Origin: Candidatus Binataceae bacterium
GTDB taxonomy: Bacteria; Desulfobacterota; Binatia; Binatales; Binataceae
DNA: 64,000 nucleotides
Assembly (NCBI GenBank): GCA_015478645.1
Contig: JADMIL010000003.1
Location: forward strand, 1,543 to 65,542
Reading direction: 5' to 3'
The notes below the pieces were generated by a model. It was not told the DNA's origin. It saw only the letters and a program-made list of their open reading frames with translations, and ran no database searches. The translations under genes were made by a program, and so were the position numbers. Positions 47,846 through 58,140 of this stretch are shown in pieces. Position 1 is the stretch's first letter. Every line of letters begins with the position of its first letter.

Positions 47846-49102
47846 CTAATCCTGGACCGCCGGCCGGAACGCCACGGTGGTGTTGGTTCCTCCGAAGCCG
47901 AAGGAGTTGTTGAGCGCCAGGCGAATCTTCTTTGGCCGCGCATGATTCGGCACGTAATCCAGATCGCACTCGGGGTCCGGTTTTTCGTAATTGATGGTCG
48001 GCGGGATCATCCCGTTGGCCACCGCCAGCACCGTGAAGACCGATTCGATCGCGCCGGCCGCGCCCAGCGTATGACCGGTCATCGACTTGGTCGAACTCAC
48101 CGCGACGCGCGCCGCATGCTCGCCGAATGCGCGCTTGATCGCCTGGCTCTCGGCAATGTCGCCCTGCGGCGTCGAGGTGCCGTGGGCGTTGATGTAATCG
48201 ACCTGGTTGAGGTCAAGGTCGCCGTCGTCGAGGCACAGGCGCATGCATTTGGCGGCCCCCACTCCGTCGGGCGCCGGCGAGGTGATATGGAACGCGTCGG
48301 CATTGCAGGCGTAGCCCGCGATTTCGGCCAGGATCGTCGCCCCGCGCGCGATCGCCAGGTCGCGCGCTTCCAGGATCAGCGCCGCCGCACCCTCGGCCAT
48401 CACGAAACCGTCGCGATCGCGATCGAAGGGGCGGCTCGCCGCCTCCGGATTATCGTTGCGCGTCGACAACGCACGCATCGCGACGAACCCGCCGATGCCG
48501 AGCGAACTGATCGCCGCCTCGGCGCCGCCGGTGATCGCGGCGTCGAGGTAGCCCGCCCGGATCATGCGAAAGGCCTCGCCCACCGCATGACTGCCCGAGG
48601 CGCACGCACTGGTCGTCGCCAGGTTCGCGCCCCGCGCGCCATAGCGAATCGAGATCTGTCCCGGCGCCAGGTTGGAAATCAGCTTGGGAATGAAAAACGG
48701 TGTCAGCCGCTTGAGCCGGCTGTCGAGAAAGATCAAATGATTTTCCTCGATCGTGACCAATCCGCCGATACCCACGCCGACTAGCACGCCCACCTGGTCG
48801 GCGTTGTCTTCGGTGATCTTGAAGCCCGACTGGCGCATCGCCTGCTCGGCCGCGCTCATCGCGTACTGGATGAAGAGGTCCATCTTGCGGACGTCCTTCT
48901 TCTCGATCCAGTCGAGCGGATTGAAATCGCGCACCTCACCCGCGATCCGGGTGGGATAGTCGGCCACGTCGAAGCGGTCGATCAGGCCAATCCCGGAACG
49001 TCCGGCGACCAGCCCTGCCCAGTTTTTTTCGACCCCCGTGCCCAGCGGCGTGACGAGGCCGACACCGGTCACCACCACGCGGCGGTCAAGATTACGTCTC
49101 AT
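47846..49102 (-). CDS. fabF: 3-oxoacyl-ACP synthase II
   Basis: RRVVVTGVGLVTPLG, TSACASGSHA, INAHGTSTP, GHTLGAAG. Confidence 0.93.
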   Translation of the reverse strand: MRRNLDRRVVVTGVGLVTPLGTGVEKNWAGLVAGRSGIGLIDRFDVADYPTRIAGEVRDFNPLDWIEKKDVRKMDLFIQYAMSAAEQAMRQSGFKITEDNADQVGVLVGVGIGGLVTIEENHLIFLDSRLKRLTPFFIPKLISNLAPGQISIRYGARGANLATTSACASGSHAVGEAFRMIRAGYLDAAITGGAEAAISSLGIGGFVAMRALSTRNDNPEAASRPFDRDRDGFVMAEGAAALILEARDLAIARGATILAEIAGYACNADAFHITSPAPDGVGAAKCMRLCLDDGDLDLNQVDYINAHGTSTPQGDIAESQAIKRAFGEHAARVAVSSTKSMTGHTLGAAGAIESVFTVLAVANGMIPPTINYEKPDPECDLDYVPNHARPKKIRLALNNSFGFGGTNTTVAFRPAVQD

Positions 49103-49216
49103 GATATAGGCCCGCTTTCCTCCCGGGACATGTACTGATCGCGCACAACTCGCGCACAATTTGGCGCTGGTTTCCGGTCGATCAATTTCCGGCCGCCGCG
49201 CAAAGATTAGCAGATG

Positions 49217-49267
49217 CGAAAAGTGAAAACACGCGGCGCACCCGGCTGGATTTTGCCGCCGCGCCGC
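49217..49267 (-). terminator. possible intrinsic terminator after yqeY-like gene
   Basis: On the minus strand: GCGGCGC, a 21-nt partly paired loop, GCGCCGC, then GTGTTTTCACTTTT. The large loop makes this weak. Confidence 0.35.
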
Positions 49268-49342
49268 CGCTCATGAGCGCTTGGCGACTCCTCGTCAGCT
49301 CCCGCACTCACGCTCCGGTACGCACGACCTTCGCCGGCGAAA

Positions 49343-49774
49343 CTATTTCGGCGCGATCGCGGATTTCACGATTTCGCTGGCCAGCTTGCCGTCGAGCCGC
49401 GCGCCGAACTGGTCGCGCAGCGCCTTCATCAGCGGCCCGATCTGATTCACGCCCGCCGCGATTTGCGCCGCCACTGCCGCGTTGACCTCATCGGCGCCAA
49501 TCGCCGCCGGCAGATAGCTGTCGAGGATTTTCGCCTCGGCCTCGTTCTGCTCGATGAGGTCGGGGCGATTGGCCTTGCGTGCAAACTCGAGCGCCTCTTC
49601 GCGCCGCGCGCGCTCGCGCTTGATGGTCTGGACGATTTCGCCCTCGTTGGCTTCGCGCCGGACGTCCTTTTCGATCCGCGTGATCTCGGCGATTACCCCG
49701 CGCACGGTCATCAGTTTCAATTTGTCGCCGCTCTTCATCGCGGCCTTCAAATCGTCCTGTAGTTTGAGCTTCAA
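49343..49774 (-). CDS. GatB/YqeY domain-containing protein
   Basis: GAGGA lies 4 nt upstream of a TTG start, giving MKLKLQDDLKAAMKSGD, the usual YqeY N-terminus. The ORF-track ATG at 49819 adds 15 atypical residues. Confidence 0.8.
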   Translation of the reverse strand: MKLKLQDDLKAAMKSGDKLKLMTVRGVIAEITRIEKDVRREANEGEIVQTIKRERARREEALEFARKANRPDLIEQNEAEAKILDSYLPAAIGADEVNAAVAAQIAAGVNQIGPLMKALRDQFGARLDGKLASEIVKSAIAPK

Positions 49775-49944
49775 ATGGTCCTCACAAGGTCCCCGCCTCG
49801 CCTCGTTCCCGCCTGGCAAACGGGGCGGCGGCAGGGTCGGCGGACAAAAATGCGGCCGACTGTATTTATGTTGATCCGCAGTCCGTTCCGATCTAGTTTA
49901 CAAGTGTTGCGCCGGCGCAGATAGCCGCCGCCCAGGGAATTCCG

Positions 49945-50757
49945 ATGCCCGACAAGCCCCGCGACCTGATGGCCGATGTCGCCCGCTATGGACAGCAGGT
50001 CGACTTCGGCAAGACCGCCGCCGATTACGGCCGCTTCCGCGCCGGCTATCCCGACGAACTCTATGGCCGCCTGCGCGGCCTGGGCGCCGGCATGCCGGGC
50101 CAGCGCATCCTTGATATCGGCACCGGCACGGGCTTTCTCGGCCGCGGCTTCACGCGCGCCGGATGTGCTGTAACGGGTGCGGACCTCTCCATGCCGCTGA
50201 TGCATGAGGCGCGCCGCCTCGATCAGGAGGGCGGTCTCGCGATGGGCTACGTGCGCGCCCGCGCCGAGGCGATGCCGTTCGCACCGCGCAGCTTCGACGG
50301 CGTCTGCGCCGGCCAATGCTGGCATTGGTTCGATCGGGCGCGCGCCGCCGCCGAGGCCTTTCGCGTGCTGCAGCCGGGCGGCTTTCTCGTGCTCGCGCAT
50401 TTCGACTGGATCGCGCTGCCCGGCAACGTCGTCGAAGCCACCGAACAGCTTATCCGGCGGCATAATCCGGACTGGAAGCTGAGCAATGCGCCGGGCATCT
50501 ACCCGCAATGGCCGCGGGACGCCGCGATCGCCGGCTTCACCGCGATCGAGACTTTTTCTTTCGATGTCAGCGCGGTCTATTCGCATGAGGCGTGGCGCGG
50601 GCGGATTCGCGCCAGCGCGGGCGTCGGCGGCACGCTCAGCCCCGCGCAGGTGGCCGCCTTTGACGGCGAACTCGCGGCCGTCCTCGGGGAGCGCTTTCCC
50701 GCCGATCCGATGGGCGTGCATCACCGGGCTTTCGCCATGATCGCCCGCGCCGCATAA
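49945..50757 (+). CDS. class I SAM-dependent methyltransferase
   Basis: RILDIGTGTGFLG motif I, and FDGVCAGQCWHWF. Confidence 0.85.
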   Translation: MPDKPRDLMADVARYGQQVDFGKTAADYGRFRAGYPDELYGRLRGLGAGMPGQRILDIGTGTGFLGRGFTRAGCAVTGADLSMPLMHEARRLDQEGGLAMGYVRARAEAMPFAPRSFDGVCAGQCWHWFDRARAAAEAFRVLQPGGFLVLAHFDWIALPGNVVEATEQLIRRHNPDWKLSNAPGIYPQWPRDAAIAGFTAIETFSFDVSAVYSHEAWRGRIRASAGVGGTLSPAQVAAFDGELAAVLGERFPADPMGVHHRAFAMIARAA

Positions 50758-50865
50758 TCGGCCGCACCGCGCGCCTCGGCGCTTCTCGTACTCGGCCAAC
50801 TGTTATAGCCTCTTGGTTCGTGCGATGGCGTCGGCAGGTCTCAGGCGCCGCAAAGGAGACACCGT

Positions 50866-52161
50866 ATGAAATTCACCTGGTTCCATCTGATGCCGTACCG
50901 TTTTCTGCCGGATGATTTCAAGGAAAAGTACCGCAGCGTATGGGTCGATATTCCGCGCGACCTCTACGACCCCAAGCTCGGCCATCGCCTGTACAACGAC
51001 TATCTCGATCAGCTCGAATTCGCCGACCAGATGGGCTTCGACGGCCTCGGCGTCAACGAGCATCATCAGAACGCCTACGGACTCATGCCCTCGCCGAATA
51101 TCATGGGTGCCGCGATGGCGCGGCGCACGCGCAACGCCAACCTGGTCGTGCTCGGCAATTCGATCGCGCTCTACAATCCACCGATCCGCGTGGCCGAGGA
51201 ATTCGCGATGCTCGACGTGATCAGCGGCGGGCGCCTGGTCGCCGGCTTTCCGGTCGGCACCTCGATGGACACCAACTTCTGCTATGGCGAAGTGCCCGCG
51301 ACGATCCGCGAGAAGTACAACGAGGCTCACGAACTGATTATCAAGGCGTGGACCGAGAAAGAGGTCTTCGCCTTCAACGGCAAGTTCACCAAGCTGCGCT
51401 ACGTCAATCTGTGGCCCAAGCCGCTCCAGCAGCCTCATCCACCGGTCTGGGTGCCGGGCGGCGGCTCGATCGAGACCTGGGACTTCTGCGCCGAGCATGA
51501 CTACCAGTACAGCTTTCTTTCCTACTTCGGGTATATCGCGGGCAAGAAGGTCGCCGACGGCTACTGGAAGGTGATGGCCAAGCGCGGCAAGGAGCTCAAT
51601 CCCTACAGCTTAGGCTTCGCCCAGGTGGTCGCCGTCGCCAATACCGACGAAGAGGCCGAGCGGCTCTACGCGCCGCACATGGACTATTTCTACAACCGAT
51701 GCCTCCACGTCTATAACGGCTTCGCCGACGCGCCGGGCTATCGCACGCAGAGCACGATCCGCTCGGGGCTGCTCGCCCAGGTCGGCCGCGAGGCCGCGCT
51801 GCGCCGCGAAGGGATGACCTGGAAGGACTTCGTCGATCAGGGCTACATCATCGCCGGATCGCCCAAAACCGTACGCGATCGCCTGACCCATGCGATGAAG
51901 AGCCTCAACTGCGGTCATCTGATGATCCTGATGCAAATCGGCTCGATGCCGCCGGAACTGGTACGCGGTTCCACCGAGTTGTTCGCGCGCGAAGTGATGC
52001 CGCATATGCGCGGCATGTGGAGCGGCTTCCAGGACAAATGGTCGCCGTCGCCGCTGCCCGAGAGCGAGCGCGCTATGCCCGCGCCGCTCAACTTCAAGCG
52101 CGCCGAGACCAACGGCACAACCGTCCACTCAGCGCCGCACGACAGCCGGAGCGCAAAATAA
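50866..52161 (+). CDS. LLM-class flavin-dependent monooxygenase/oxidoreductase
   Basis: AAGGAGA Shine-Dalgarno motif. MKFTWFHLMPY ... GFDGLGVNEHHQNAYG is typical of luciferase-like proteins. Confidence 0.85.
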   Translation: MKFTWFHLMPYRFLPDDFKEKYRSVWVDIPRDLYDPKLGHRLYNDYLDQLEFADQMGFDGLGVNEHHQNAYGLMPSPNIMGAAMARRTRNANLVVLGNSIALYNPPIRVAEEFAMLDVISGGRLVAGFPVGTSMDTNFCYGEVPATIREKYNEAHELIIKAWTEKEVFAFNGKFTKLRYVNLWPKPLQQPHPPVWVPGGGSIETWDFCAEHDYQYSFLSYFGYIAGKKVADGYWKVMAKRGKELNPYSLGFAQVVAVANTDEEAERLYAPHMDYFYNRCLHVYNGFADAPGYRTQSTIRSGLLAQVGREAALRREGMTWKDFVDQGYIIAGSPKTVRDRLTHAMKSLNCGHLMILMQIGSMPPELVRGSTELFAREVMPHMRGMWSGFQDKWSPSPLPESERAMPAPLNFKRAETNGTTVHSAPHDSRSAK

Positions 52162-52943
52162 TGAAGACCAGCCATGCAATCGGCGGCGGCCGCTTCGCGG
52201 TCGAGACCTATGAATTCGGCAGCGGCGAGCCCCTGATCTTCCTGCACGGCGCGGTCGGACTCACCGGGATGGATCCCTTCCTCGAAGATCTGGGCAAGGA
52301 CTTCAAGGTCATCGCGCCGCATCTGCCGGGCTACGGCGAGTCGACCGGCGGCGAGCTGATCGAGGACGTGACCGACGCGGCGCTGTTCGTCCATCAGTTC
52401 ATGGACGACCTCGGGATCAAGAGCGCCTACCTCATGGGCCATTCGATGGGCGGGATGCTCGCGGCCGAGACTGCCGCGCACGACACCAGCCGCGCGCGCA
52501 AGCTCGTGCTGGTCGGGCCGGCCGGCTTCTGGATTGACGAGCATCCGATTCCCGATTTCTTCGCCATGGACTTGAGCGAGATGGGCACGTACCTGTTCCA
52601 CGATCCCAAGTCGCCGCTCGCGCAGCTTTTCCTGGCGATTCCGGACGATATGAACCAGCTCGCCGACATGTACGTCGAGCGGGTCAAACGCCTCTCGATG
52701 GCGAGCAGATTCCTCTGGCCGATTCCCGATCGCGGGCTGAAAAAGCGCGCCTGGCGGATCGCCGCGCCGACCCTGCTGCTGTGGGGCGAATCCGACAAGC
52801 TAATCCCGCCGGTCTACGCCGGCGAGTTCACCAAGCGGATCAAAAACGCGCGCCTCACGACGATCAAAGAGGCCGGCCATCTGCTGCCCTACGAGCAGCA
52901 GGCGGCGTTTTGCAAAGCGGTGCGCGATTTCCTCAAGGGCTGA
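52161..52943 (+). CDS. alpha/beta hydrolase (meta-cleavage-product hydrolase-like)
   Basis: The ATG overlaps the upstream stop (TAATG). LHGAVG, GHSMGG. Confidence 0.85.
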   Translation: MKTSHAIGGGRFAVETYEFGSGEPLIFLHGAVGLTGMDPFLEDLGKDFKVIAPHLPGYGESTGGELIEDVTDAALFVHQFMDDLGIKSAYLMGHSMGGMLAAETAAHDTSRARKLVLVGPAGFWIDEHPIPDFFAMDLSEMGTYLFHDPKSPLAQLFLAIPDDMNQLADMYVERVKRLSMASRFLWPIPDRGLKKRAWRIAAPTLLLWGESDKLIPPVYAGEFTKRIKNARLTTIKEAGHLLPYEQQAAFCKAVRDFLKG

Positions 52944-52994
52944 TCGACGCGTCATCCGGGCGCGCCTGCGCGCGAGCCGGGACTAATCCAAAAG

Positions 52995-53027
52995 GCGGCG
53001 GATCCCTCGCGGGTCCGCCGCTTTTTT
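52995..53027 (+). terminator. rho-independent terminator (partly bidirectional)
   Basis: GCGGCGGATCC, loop CTCGC, GGGTCCGCCGC, then TTTTTT. The stem is 11 bp with one G-U pair. The opposite strand has CTTTT after the stem. Confidence 0.8.
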
Positions 53028-53090
53028 CTTCGTCATGAATGTGAACGATGATCGCGCGAACGCCCCGCCGCGATCGCCCGTGCGACGCCG

Positions 53091-53564
53091 CTAGTGATGC
53101 GCTTCGATACGCGCCGGGGCCACGCGCGCAGCGTCGTTATAGCCCGGCGGATACATCTGATAGCACATCAGGTAGACGACCACGCCGGTCACCGACACGT
53201 ACATCCAAAGCGGCCAGGTCCACACCGCAATCTTCCGATGGCGCGCGAAATTGCCGCGAATCGCACGCGTGATCGTGATCAGGACCAGCGGCACGATCGC
53301 CGCCGCCAAAATGATGTGCGTGATCAGGATCGTGAAGTAGATCGGCCGCACGAGGCCGTGGCCCTGAAAGCGCACGTCGCCGACATGGTAATGGTACGTC
53401 AGGTACGAAATAAAAAACACCGTCGAGACCACGAACGCGCTGACCATGCAGGCGCGATGCGCGCGGATCCGGCGCATCCGGATGAAGCAATAGCCCGCAA
53501 GCAAGAGGACCGCGGCAAGGCTGTTGAGAATCGCGTTGAGCGGCGCGAGCGAATGGTAATTCAA
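53091..53564 (-). CDS. DUF420 family membrane protein
   Basis: GGAG lies 4 nt upstream of a TTG start. Four TM segments. LNSLAAVLLLAGY and HRKIA motifs typical of DUF420. Confidence 0.8.
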   Translation of the reverse strand: MNYHSLAPLNAILNSLAAVLLLAGYCFIRMRRIRAHRACMVSAFVVSTVFFISYLTYHYHVGDVRFQGHGLVRPIYFTILITHIILAAAIVPLVLITITRAIRGNFARHRKIAVWTWPLWMYVSVTGVVVYLMCYQMYPPGYNDAARVAPARIEAHH

Positions 53565-53745
53565 GATACTCCGGGCGGAATTTTTCCCGTCGGGAAATCG
53601 GCCTGATGAATCGTGGTTTGAGTGCGGCTACCAGGATCGAGGATCGGCGTGATCAAGTCCAGCCGCCCATCTCGCCATAATGAAATCGGCGGACCGTACA
53701 TGACGGCCCGCCGATGCGTGATTCAGGAATTATGCCGCCGGCGAA

Positions 53746-55446
53746 TCAGTTACGCGCGAAGCCGTTGCGCAACAGCCGCCCCGGCAGTGCGCCTGCCGCA
53801 TCGACGGTGTCTTGGCCCTCGCGCCGAATCAGCGTGCCGTTGACGATCACCGAGTCGATACCGCTGGCGTCGGAGACCAGCCGATCGGCGCCCGCCGGCA
53901 AGTCGCGCACGCGGCGCAAACGGCCCGCGCCGATTTTGTCGGGATCGAAGATCACCACGTCGCCCGCCAGCCCGCGCTCGAGCCGCCCGCGATCGCTGAT
54001 GTTGAAGACCTGCGCCGGACGCGCCGTGAGCATCCAGACCGCCCGCTCGAGCGTGATCGCCTTGCGCTCATGCACCCAATGGCCGAGCAGGTAGGTCGAG
54101 TAGCAGGCGTCGCATAGCTGGCTCGCATGCGCACCCGCGTCGGACAGCCCGATGACCGTGCTCGGCGATTGCAGCAGGTTCAGCACCTCGCCCTCGTCGT
54201 AGTTGAAGATCGCGAAGCGAAAGCGCGCCTCGAGATTGTTGGCAATCGACAGGTCGAGCACGAAGTCGATCGGATCGACGCCGCGCTCGCGCGCAATCTC
54301 GGCCACGTTGCGCTCGTCGAGTTCGGGCTGATTGGGACAGTACGAGACCCAGGCCCGCTCCCAGCGATCGTGGTATTTGACGTCCGCACCGGATCCTGCC
54401 TTGGCCTTGAACTTCGCGCGGAACTCCGGGTCCTGGTAGATGCGAATCTTGGCCGCGACGTCGGGCGCCGCCGAGATCGGCGCGAACACCGACGACATGC
54501 CCTCGAAGATGAACGGCTCCTTGAAGGTCAGCTCGAAGTTGAGCGGACGGCACGCGACCTGCGGCGTAATCGCCAGCCCCTGGCGCGCCAGCTCTTCGGA
54601 TTGCGCGAGCATCCGGCGATGCCCATCGTTGCTGCCGGTCGCACCGGCGAGCAGCGCCGTCCAGGTGATCGGCACGCCAGTCTCGCGCGCAATCTCGGCC
54701 ATCTCGCTGAGGAACAGTTCGCGCCCCACGGCGGTCTGCACGACGCCCTTGCCCGCTTCGCCCAGCGCGCCGATCAGCTCTTTGATCTCGTTCAGATGCG
54801 CCTTGCGGCTTGGCACCGGCTTGCCGCCGTAGCCAACGTGGGTGACCGCCTTGGAAGTGGCGAAGCCGATCGCGCCGGCGTTGATCGCGTTCTTGACGAT
54901 CGCGCGCATCTTGGCGATCTCGTCCGCGGTCGCCTGGCGTTCGGTCGCCTCCTCGCCCATCACGTACATGCGCAGCGCCGTATGGCCGATCTGCGCCGCG
55001 CAGTTGATCGCCGTGCCGCGCCGCTCGATCGTGTCGAGGTACTGCTCGAAGGTCTCGAACGGCCAGTCATAGCCAAGGCCGCCTTCGAGCGCCTCGAGGC
55101 TCATCCCTTCGACCTTCTCGAGCGTGCGCATGATCAGTCCGCGATGCTCGGGGCGAGTCGGCGCGACGCTGAAGCCGCAGTTGCCCATCACCACCGTGGT
55201 CACGCCGTGCCATGGCGAGATCGTCATCATGCGGTCCCACAGAAGCTGGGCGTCGTAATGGGTGTGAATGTCGACGAAGCCGGGCGCGACGACGCGGCCC
55301 TTGGCCTCGATGGTGTTTTGCGCGGTGCCCTTGACCTCGCCGACCGCGGCAATCTTGCCGTCCTTGATCGCGAGGTCGCCGGCGAAACCGGGCTTGCCGG
55401 TGCCGTCGATAATGGTTCCGCCAGTAATCTTCAGATCGAAGTCCAT
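53746..55446 (-). CDS. amidohydrolase family protein (N-acyl-D-amino-acid deacylase-like)
   Basis: GGAGAA Shine-Dalgarno motif. MDFDLKITGGTIIDGTG ... APGFVDIHTHYD. Confidence 0.85.
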   Translation of the reverse strand: MDFDLKITGGTIIDGTGKPGFAGDLAIKDGKIAAVGEVKGTAQNTIEAKGRVVAPGFVDIHTHYDAQLLWDRMMTISPWHGVTTVVMGNCGFSVAPTRPEHRGLIMRTLEKVEGMSLEALEGGLGYDWPFETFEQYLDTIERRGTAINCAAQIGHTALRMYVMGEEATERQATADEIAKMRAIVKNAINAGAIGFATSKAVTHVGYGGKPVPSRKAHLNEIKELIGALGEAGKGVVQTAVGRELFLSEMAEIARETGVPITWTALLAGATGSNDGHRRMLAQSEELARQGLAITPQVACRPLNFELTFKEPFIFEGMSSVFAPISAAPDVAAKIRIYQDPEFRAKFKAKAGSGADVKYHDRWERAWVSYCPNQPELDERNVAEIARERGVDPIDFVLDLSIANNLEARFRFAIFNYDEGEVLNLLQSPSTVIGLSDAGAHASQLCDACYSTYLLGHWVHERKAITLERAVWMLTARPAQVFNISDRGRLERGLAGDVVIFDPDKIGAGRLRRVRDLPAGADRLVSDASGIDSVIVNGTLIRREGQDTVDAAGALPGRLLRNGFARN

Positions 55447-55840
55447 GGTCTGGTTCTCCGTCGCCGGGCGCGCCGGCTGGCAGGGGTCGCAGTGGGGTGC
55501 GCGCATCGCGGTGGCTGATTCCGCCATCGCGAGGTTCCTCGAGCGCTGGTCCGCCGCGCACTGTTTCTATTAGTAAGGCTTATCGCATCGCGCGCCCGCA
55601 GGTAAAGCGCACACCTCCTCGCGCCGCGTTGGCGCGCCCGGCGTTTCAGCCGTTGCGCGCAACCGGCAACGCGAACGCTCGATCGCGCCGCCAAGCTCGC
55701 CAAGCGCCGCCGCGAGCGCCATTAACTGCGCATTTCGATTGATCGATCGAGCGTAGTTTGGTTAGTTGTAGGTACCAACTTGAACTCTGGGGGCCGCAAG
55801 CACCAATAAAGCGGCGGACCCCGCAAACGGAGGACTACTA

Positions 55841-56941
55841 ATGCAGAAACCGATCATTTCCGCCGATTCCCACATCACCGAGCCGCCCGGATGCTACGTC
55901 GACCGCATCGACCATAAGTACAAGTCCACCGCACCGCATCTGGTGCACGACGAAAAGATGGGCGACATCTTCGTCATCAAGGGCGGCGGCAAGCCGATCC
56001 CGATGGGTCTGGTGGCGGCCGCCGGCGTCGACGCGATGGACCTCAAGATGTTCGGCGCCAAGTTCGAGAACCTCCATCGCGGCGGATGGGATCCCGAAGC
56101 CCGCATGGCTGACCAGGATCGCGACGGCGTGGCCTGCGAAGTGATCTACGCCACCGTCGGCATGCTGCTCTGCAATCATCCCGACTACGATTACAAGAAG
56201 GCCTGCTTCGACGCCTACAATATCTGGCTGGCGGAATTTTGCGCCGCCCATCCGGATCGCCTGATCGGCCTGGGACAAACCGCGATGCGCTCGGTCGACG
56301 AAGGCATCGCCGACATGCGCAAGATGAAGGAGATGGGCTTGCGCGGCGTCATGATGCCGGGCAATCCGCAGCTCTCCGACTACGACGATCCGATCTACGC
56401 GCCGTTCTGGGAAGCCTCCGTGGACATGAAGATGCCGCTGAGCTTCCACATCCTGACCAGCAAGCAGGACAACTTCAAAACCCGCGGACCGCGCATCAAC
56501 AGCTTCATGTCGATCATCCGCGGCAACCAGGACCTGATCGGCACCTTCATTTTTGGCGGCGTCTTCCAGCGCCATCCGCAGCTCAAAATCGTCTGCGTCG
56601 AGGCCGACGCCGGCTGGGTTCCGCATTTCATGTACCGCATGGACCACGCCTACAATCGCCATCGCGCCTGGATGCTCAGGGGCCGCGAGCTGGAGAAAAA
56701 GCCCAGCGAGTATTTTCGCGAGCACGTCTACACCACCTTCCAGGACGACTGGGTCGCCTTCGCGATGAAGGACATGTGCAACACGCGCCGCCTGATGTGG
56801 GCCAACGACTTCCCGCATAGCGACTCGACCTGGCCGTGGTCGCAGGACGTCCTCGCCGAGCATACCAAGGGGCTGAGCGAGCAGGAGAAGAACTGGATCC
56901 TGCACGACAACGTCGCGGAGCTCTATAACATCAGCATCTGA
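55841..56941 (+). CDS. amidohydrolase_2 family metal-dependent hydrolase/decarboxylase (ACMSD/LigW-like)
   Basis: GGAGG Shine-Dalgarno motif. IISADSHITEP N-terminus and C-terminal WANDFPHSD. Confidence 0.85.
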   Translation: MQKPIISADSHITEPPGCYVDRIDHKYKSTAPHLVHDEKMGDIFVIKGGGKPIPMGLVAAAGVDAMDLKMFGAKFENLHRGGWDPEARMADQDRDGVACEVIYATVGMLLCNHPDYDYKKACFDAYNIWLAEFCAAHPDRLIGLGQTAMRSVDEGIADMRKMKEMGLRGVMMPGNPQLSDYDDPIYAPFWEASVDMKMPLSFHILTSKQDNFKTRGPRINSFMSIIRGNQDLIGTFIFGGVFQRHPQLKIVCVEADAGWVPHFMYRMDHAYNRHRAWMLRGRELEKKPSEYFREHVYTTFQDDWVAFAMKDMCNTRRLMWANDFPHSDSTWPWSQDVLAEHTKGLSEQEKNWILHDNVAELYNISI

Positions 56942-57084
56942 TGCGCGGTGCGCCGCGCGCCGCACTAATCGATGCGATAATTGACGACGCCGCCGGCCCC
57001 GTGCCGGCGGCGTCCTGCATTCGGATAATCCATTACCGCGGATACCGGCTCCGCGGCGCGTGCAACGGTCGAATATGGGCGGGA

Positions 57085-58029
57085 ATGGCAACGATGAAGA
57101 TCCTGGTGATGGGCGCCGGTGCGGTCGGCGCATATTTCGGCGCCCGGCTGCAACAATCCGGCCACGAGGTCGTCTACTGCGCACGCGGCGCCAATCTGCG
57201 CGCGATGCGCTCCGCCGGACTCAGCTTTGCGAGCTTCCAGGGCGACTTCACGCTCGCGGTGACGGCGACCGCCGAGCCGCGCGAATTCGCGCCCTACGAT
57301 TTGATCCTGTTCTGCGTCAAATCGTACGACACGGCGGCCGCCGCGAGCGCGCTTGCCGGATGCCTCGCGCAGGGCGGCGCGCTCCTGACCGTGCAGAACG
57401 GCGTCGAGAACGAAGCGATACTCGCCGCGGCGTTCAGCCGCGCCGCCGTGCTGAGCGGCAACGCGCGCATCGGCGCCGAACTGGTCGCGCCCGGCCACAT
57501 CGTCCATCGCACCGGCGGCGTGATCGAATTTGGCGAACTCGACGGCGGCGACAGCGCGCGCGCCCGGCACCTGGCCGAGGTCTTTCGCGGCGCCGGCATC
57601 TTTGGCCAGCTCTCGCTGCAGGTGATGGCGATTCGCTGGGAGAAGCTGCTCTGGAACGCCGCCTTCAATACCGTCGCGACGCTGACCCGCCGCAACGTCG
57701 GCGCGCTGCTCGACGACCCCGACGCGTCATCGCTGCTGCGCGTGCTGATGAACGAAATCGCCGCGGTCGCGACGGCCGAGGGATTTACGCTGGGCGACGC
57801 CGAGGTCGAGGCGCAGTTCACGCGGTCGCGCGCGAGCCTGCGCGAAGTGCGTCCGTCGACGCTGCAGGATTTCGAGCGCGGCAAGCCGCTTGAATACGAG
57901 GCCTTATCGGGCGCGGTCGTGCGCCTCGCGCGCCGCCACGCGCTCGCGACACCGCAGATGGACGCCGTCCACACCCTGATGAGGCTGCTCGACGGACATC
58001 GCGCGAAACTCATGCCGCCGCCCGCCTGA
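57085..58029 (+). CDS. 2-dehydropantoate 2-reductase family (PanE/ApbA)
   Basis: MKILVMGAGAVGAYFGARL Rossmann N-terminus. Start at 57085 or 57094. Confidence 0.85.
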   Translation: MATMKILVMGAGAVGAYFGARLQQSGHEVVYCARGANLRAMRSAGLSFASFQGDFTLAVTATAEPREFAPYDLILFCVKSYDTAAAASALAGCLAQGGALLTVQNGVENEAILAAAFSRAAVLSGNARIGAELVAPGHIVHRTGGVIEFGELDGGDSARARHLAEVFRGAGIFGQLSLQVMAIRWEKLLWNAAFNTVATLTRRNVGALLDDPDASSLLRVLMNEIAAVATAEGFTLGDAEVEAQFTRSRASLREVRPSTLQDFERGKPLEYEALSGAVVRLARRHALATPQMDAVHTLMRLLDGHRAKLMPPPA

Positions 58030-58140
58030 ACGCTGGCCGAAACCGCGCGCGTGGTGCATGATCGCATCGCGGACGCACACCGCACGCCCCCGGCAATCCG
58101 GCGGCGCGGCCCGTCACGCATTGCGCAGGAGGAAACGCCG

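Noticed and set aside
55764-55780. Short inverted repeat AGTTG-N7-CAACT, including a GGTACC core, in the 390-bp divergent spacer between the two amidohydrolase genes, as an operator
   Set aside because: The arms are only 5 bp, there is no regulator gene nearby and the motif does not recur in the window. It could easily occur by chance in the one AT-richer patch of the spacer.
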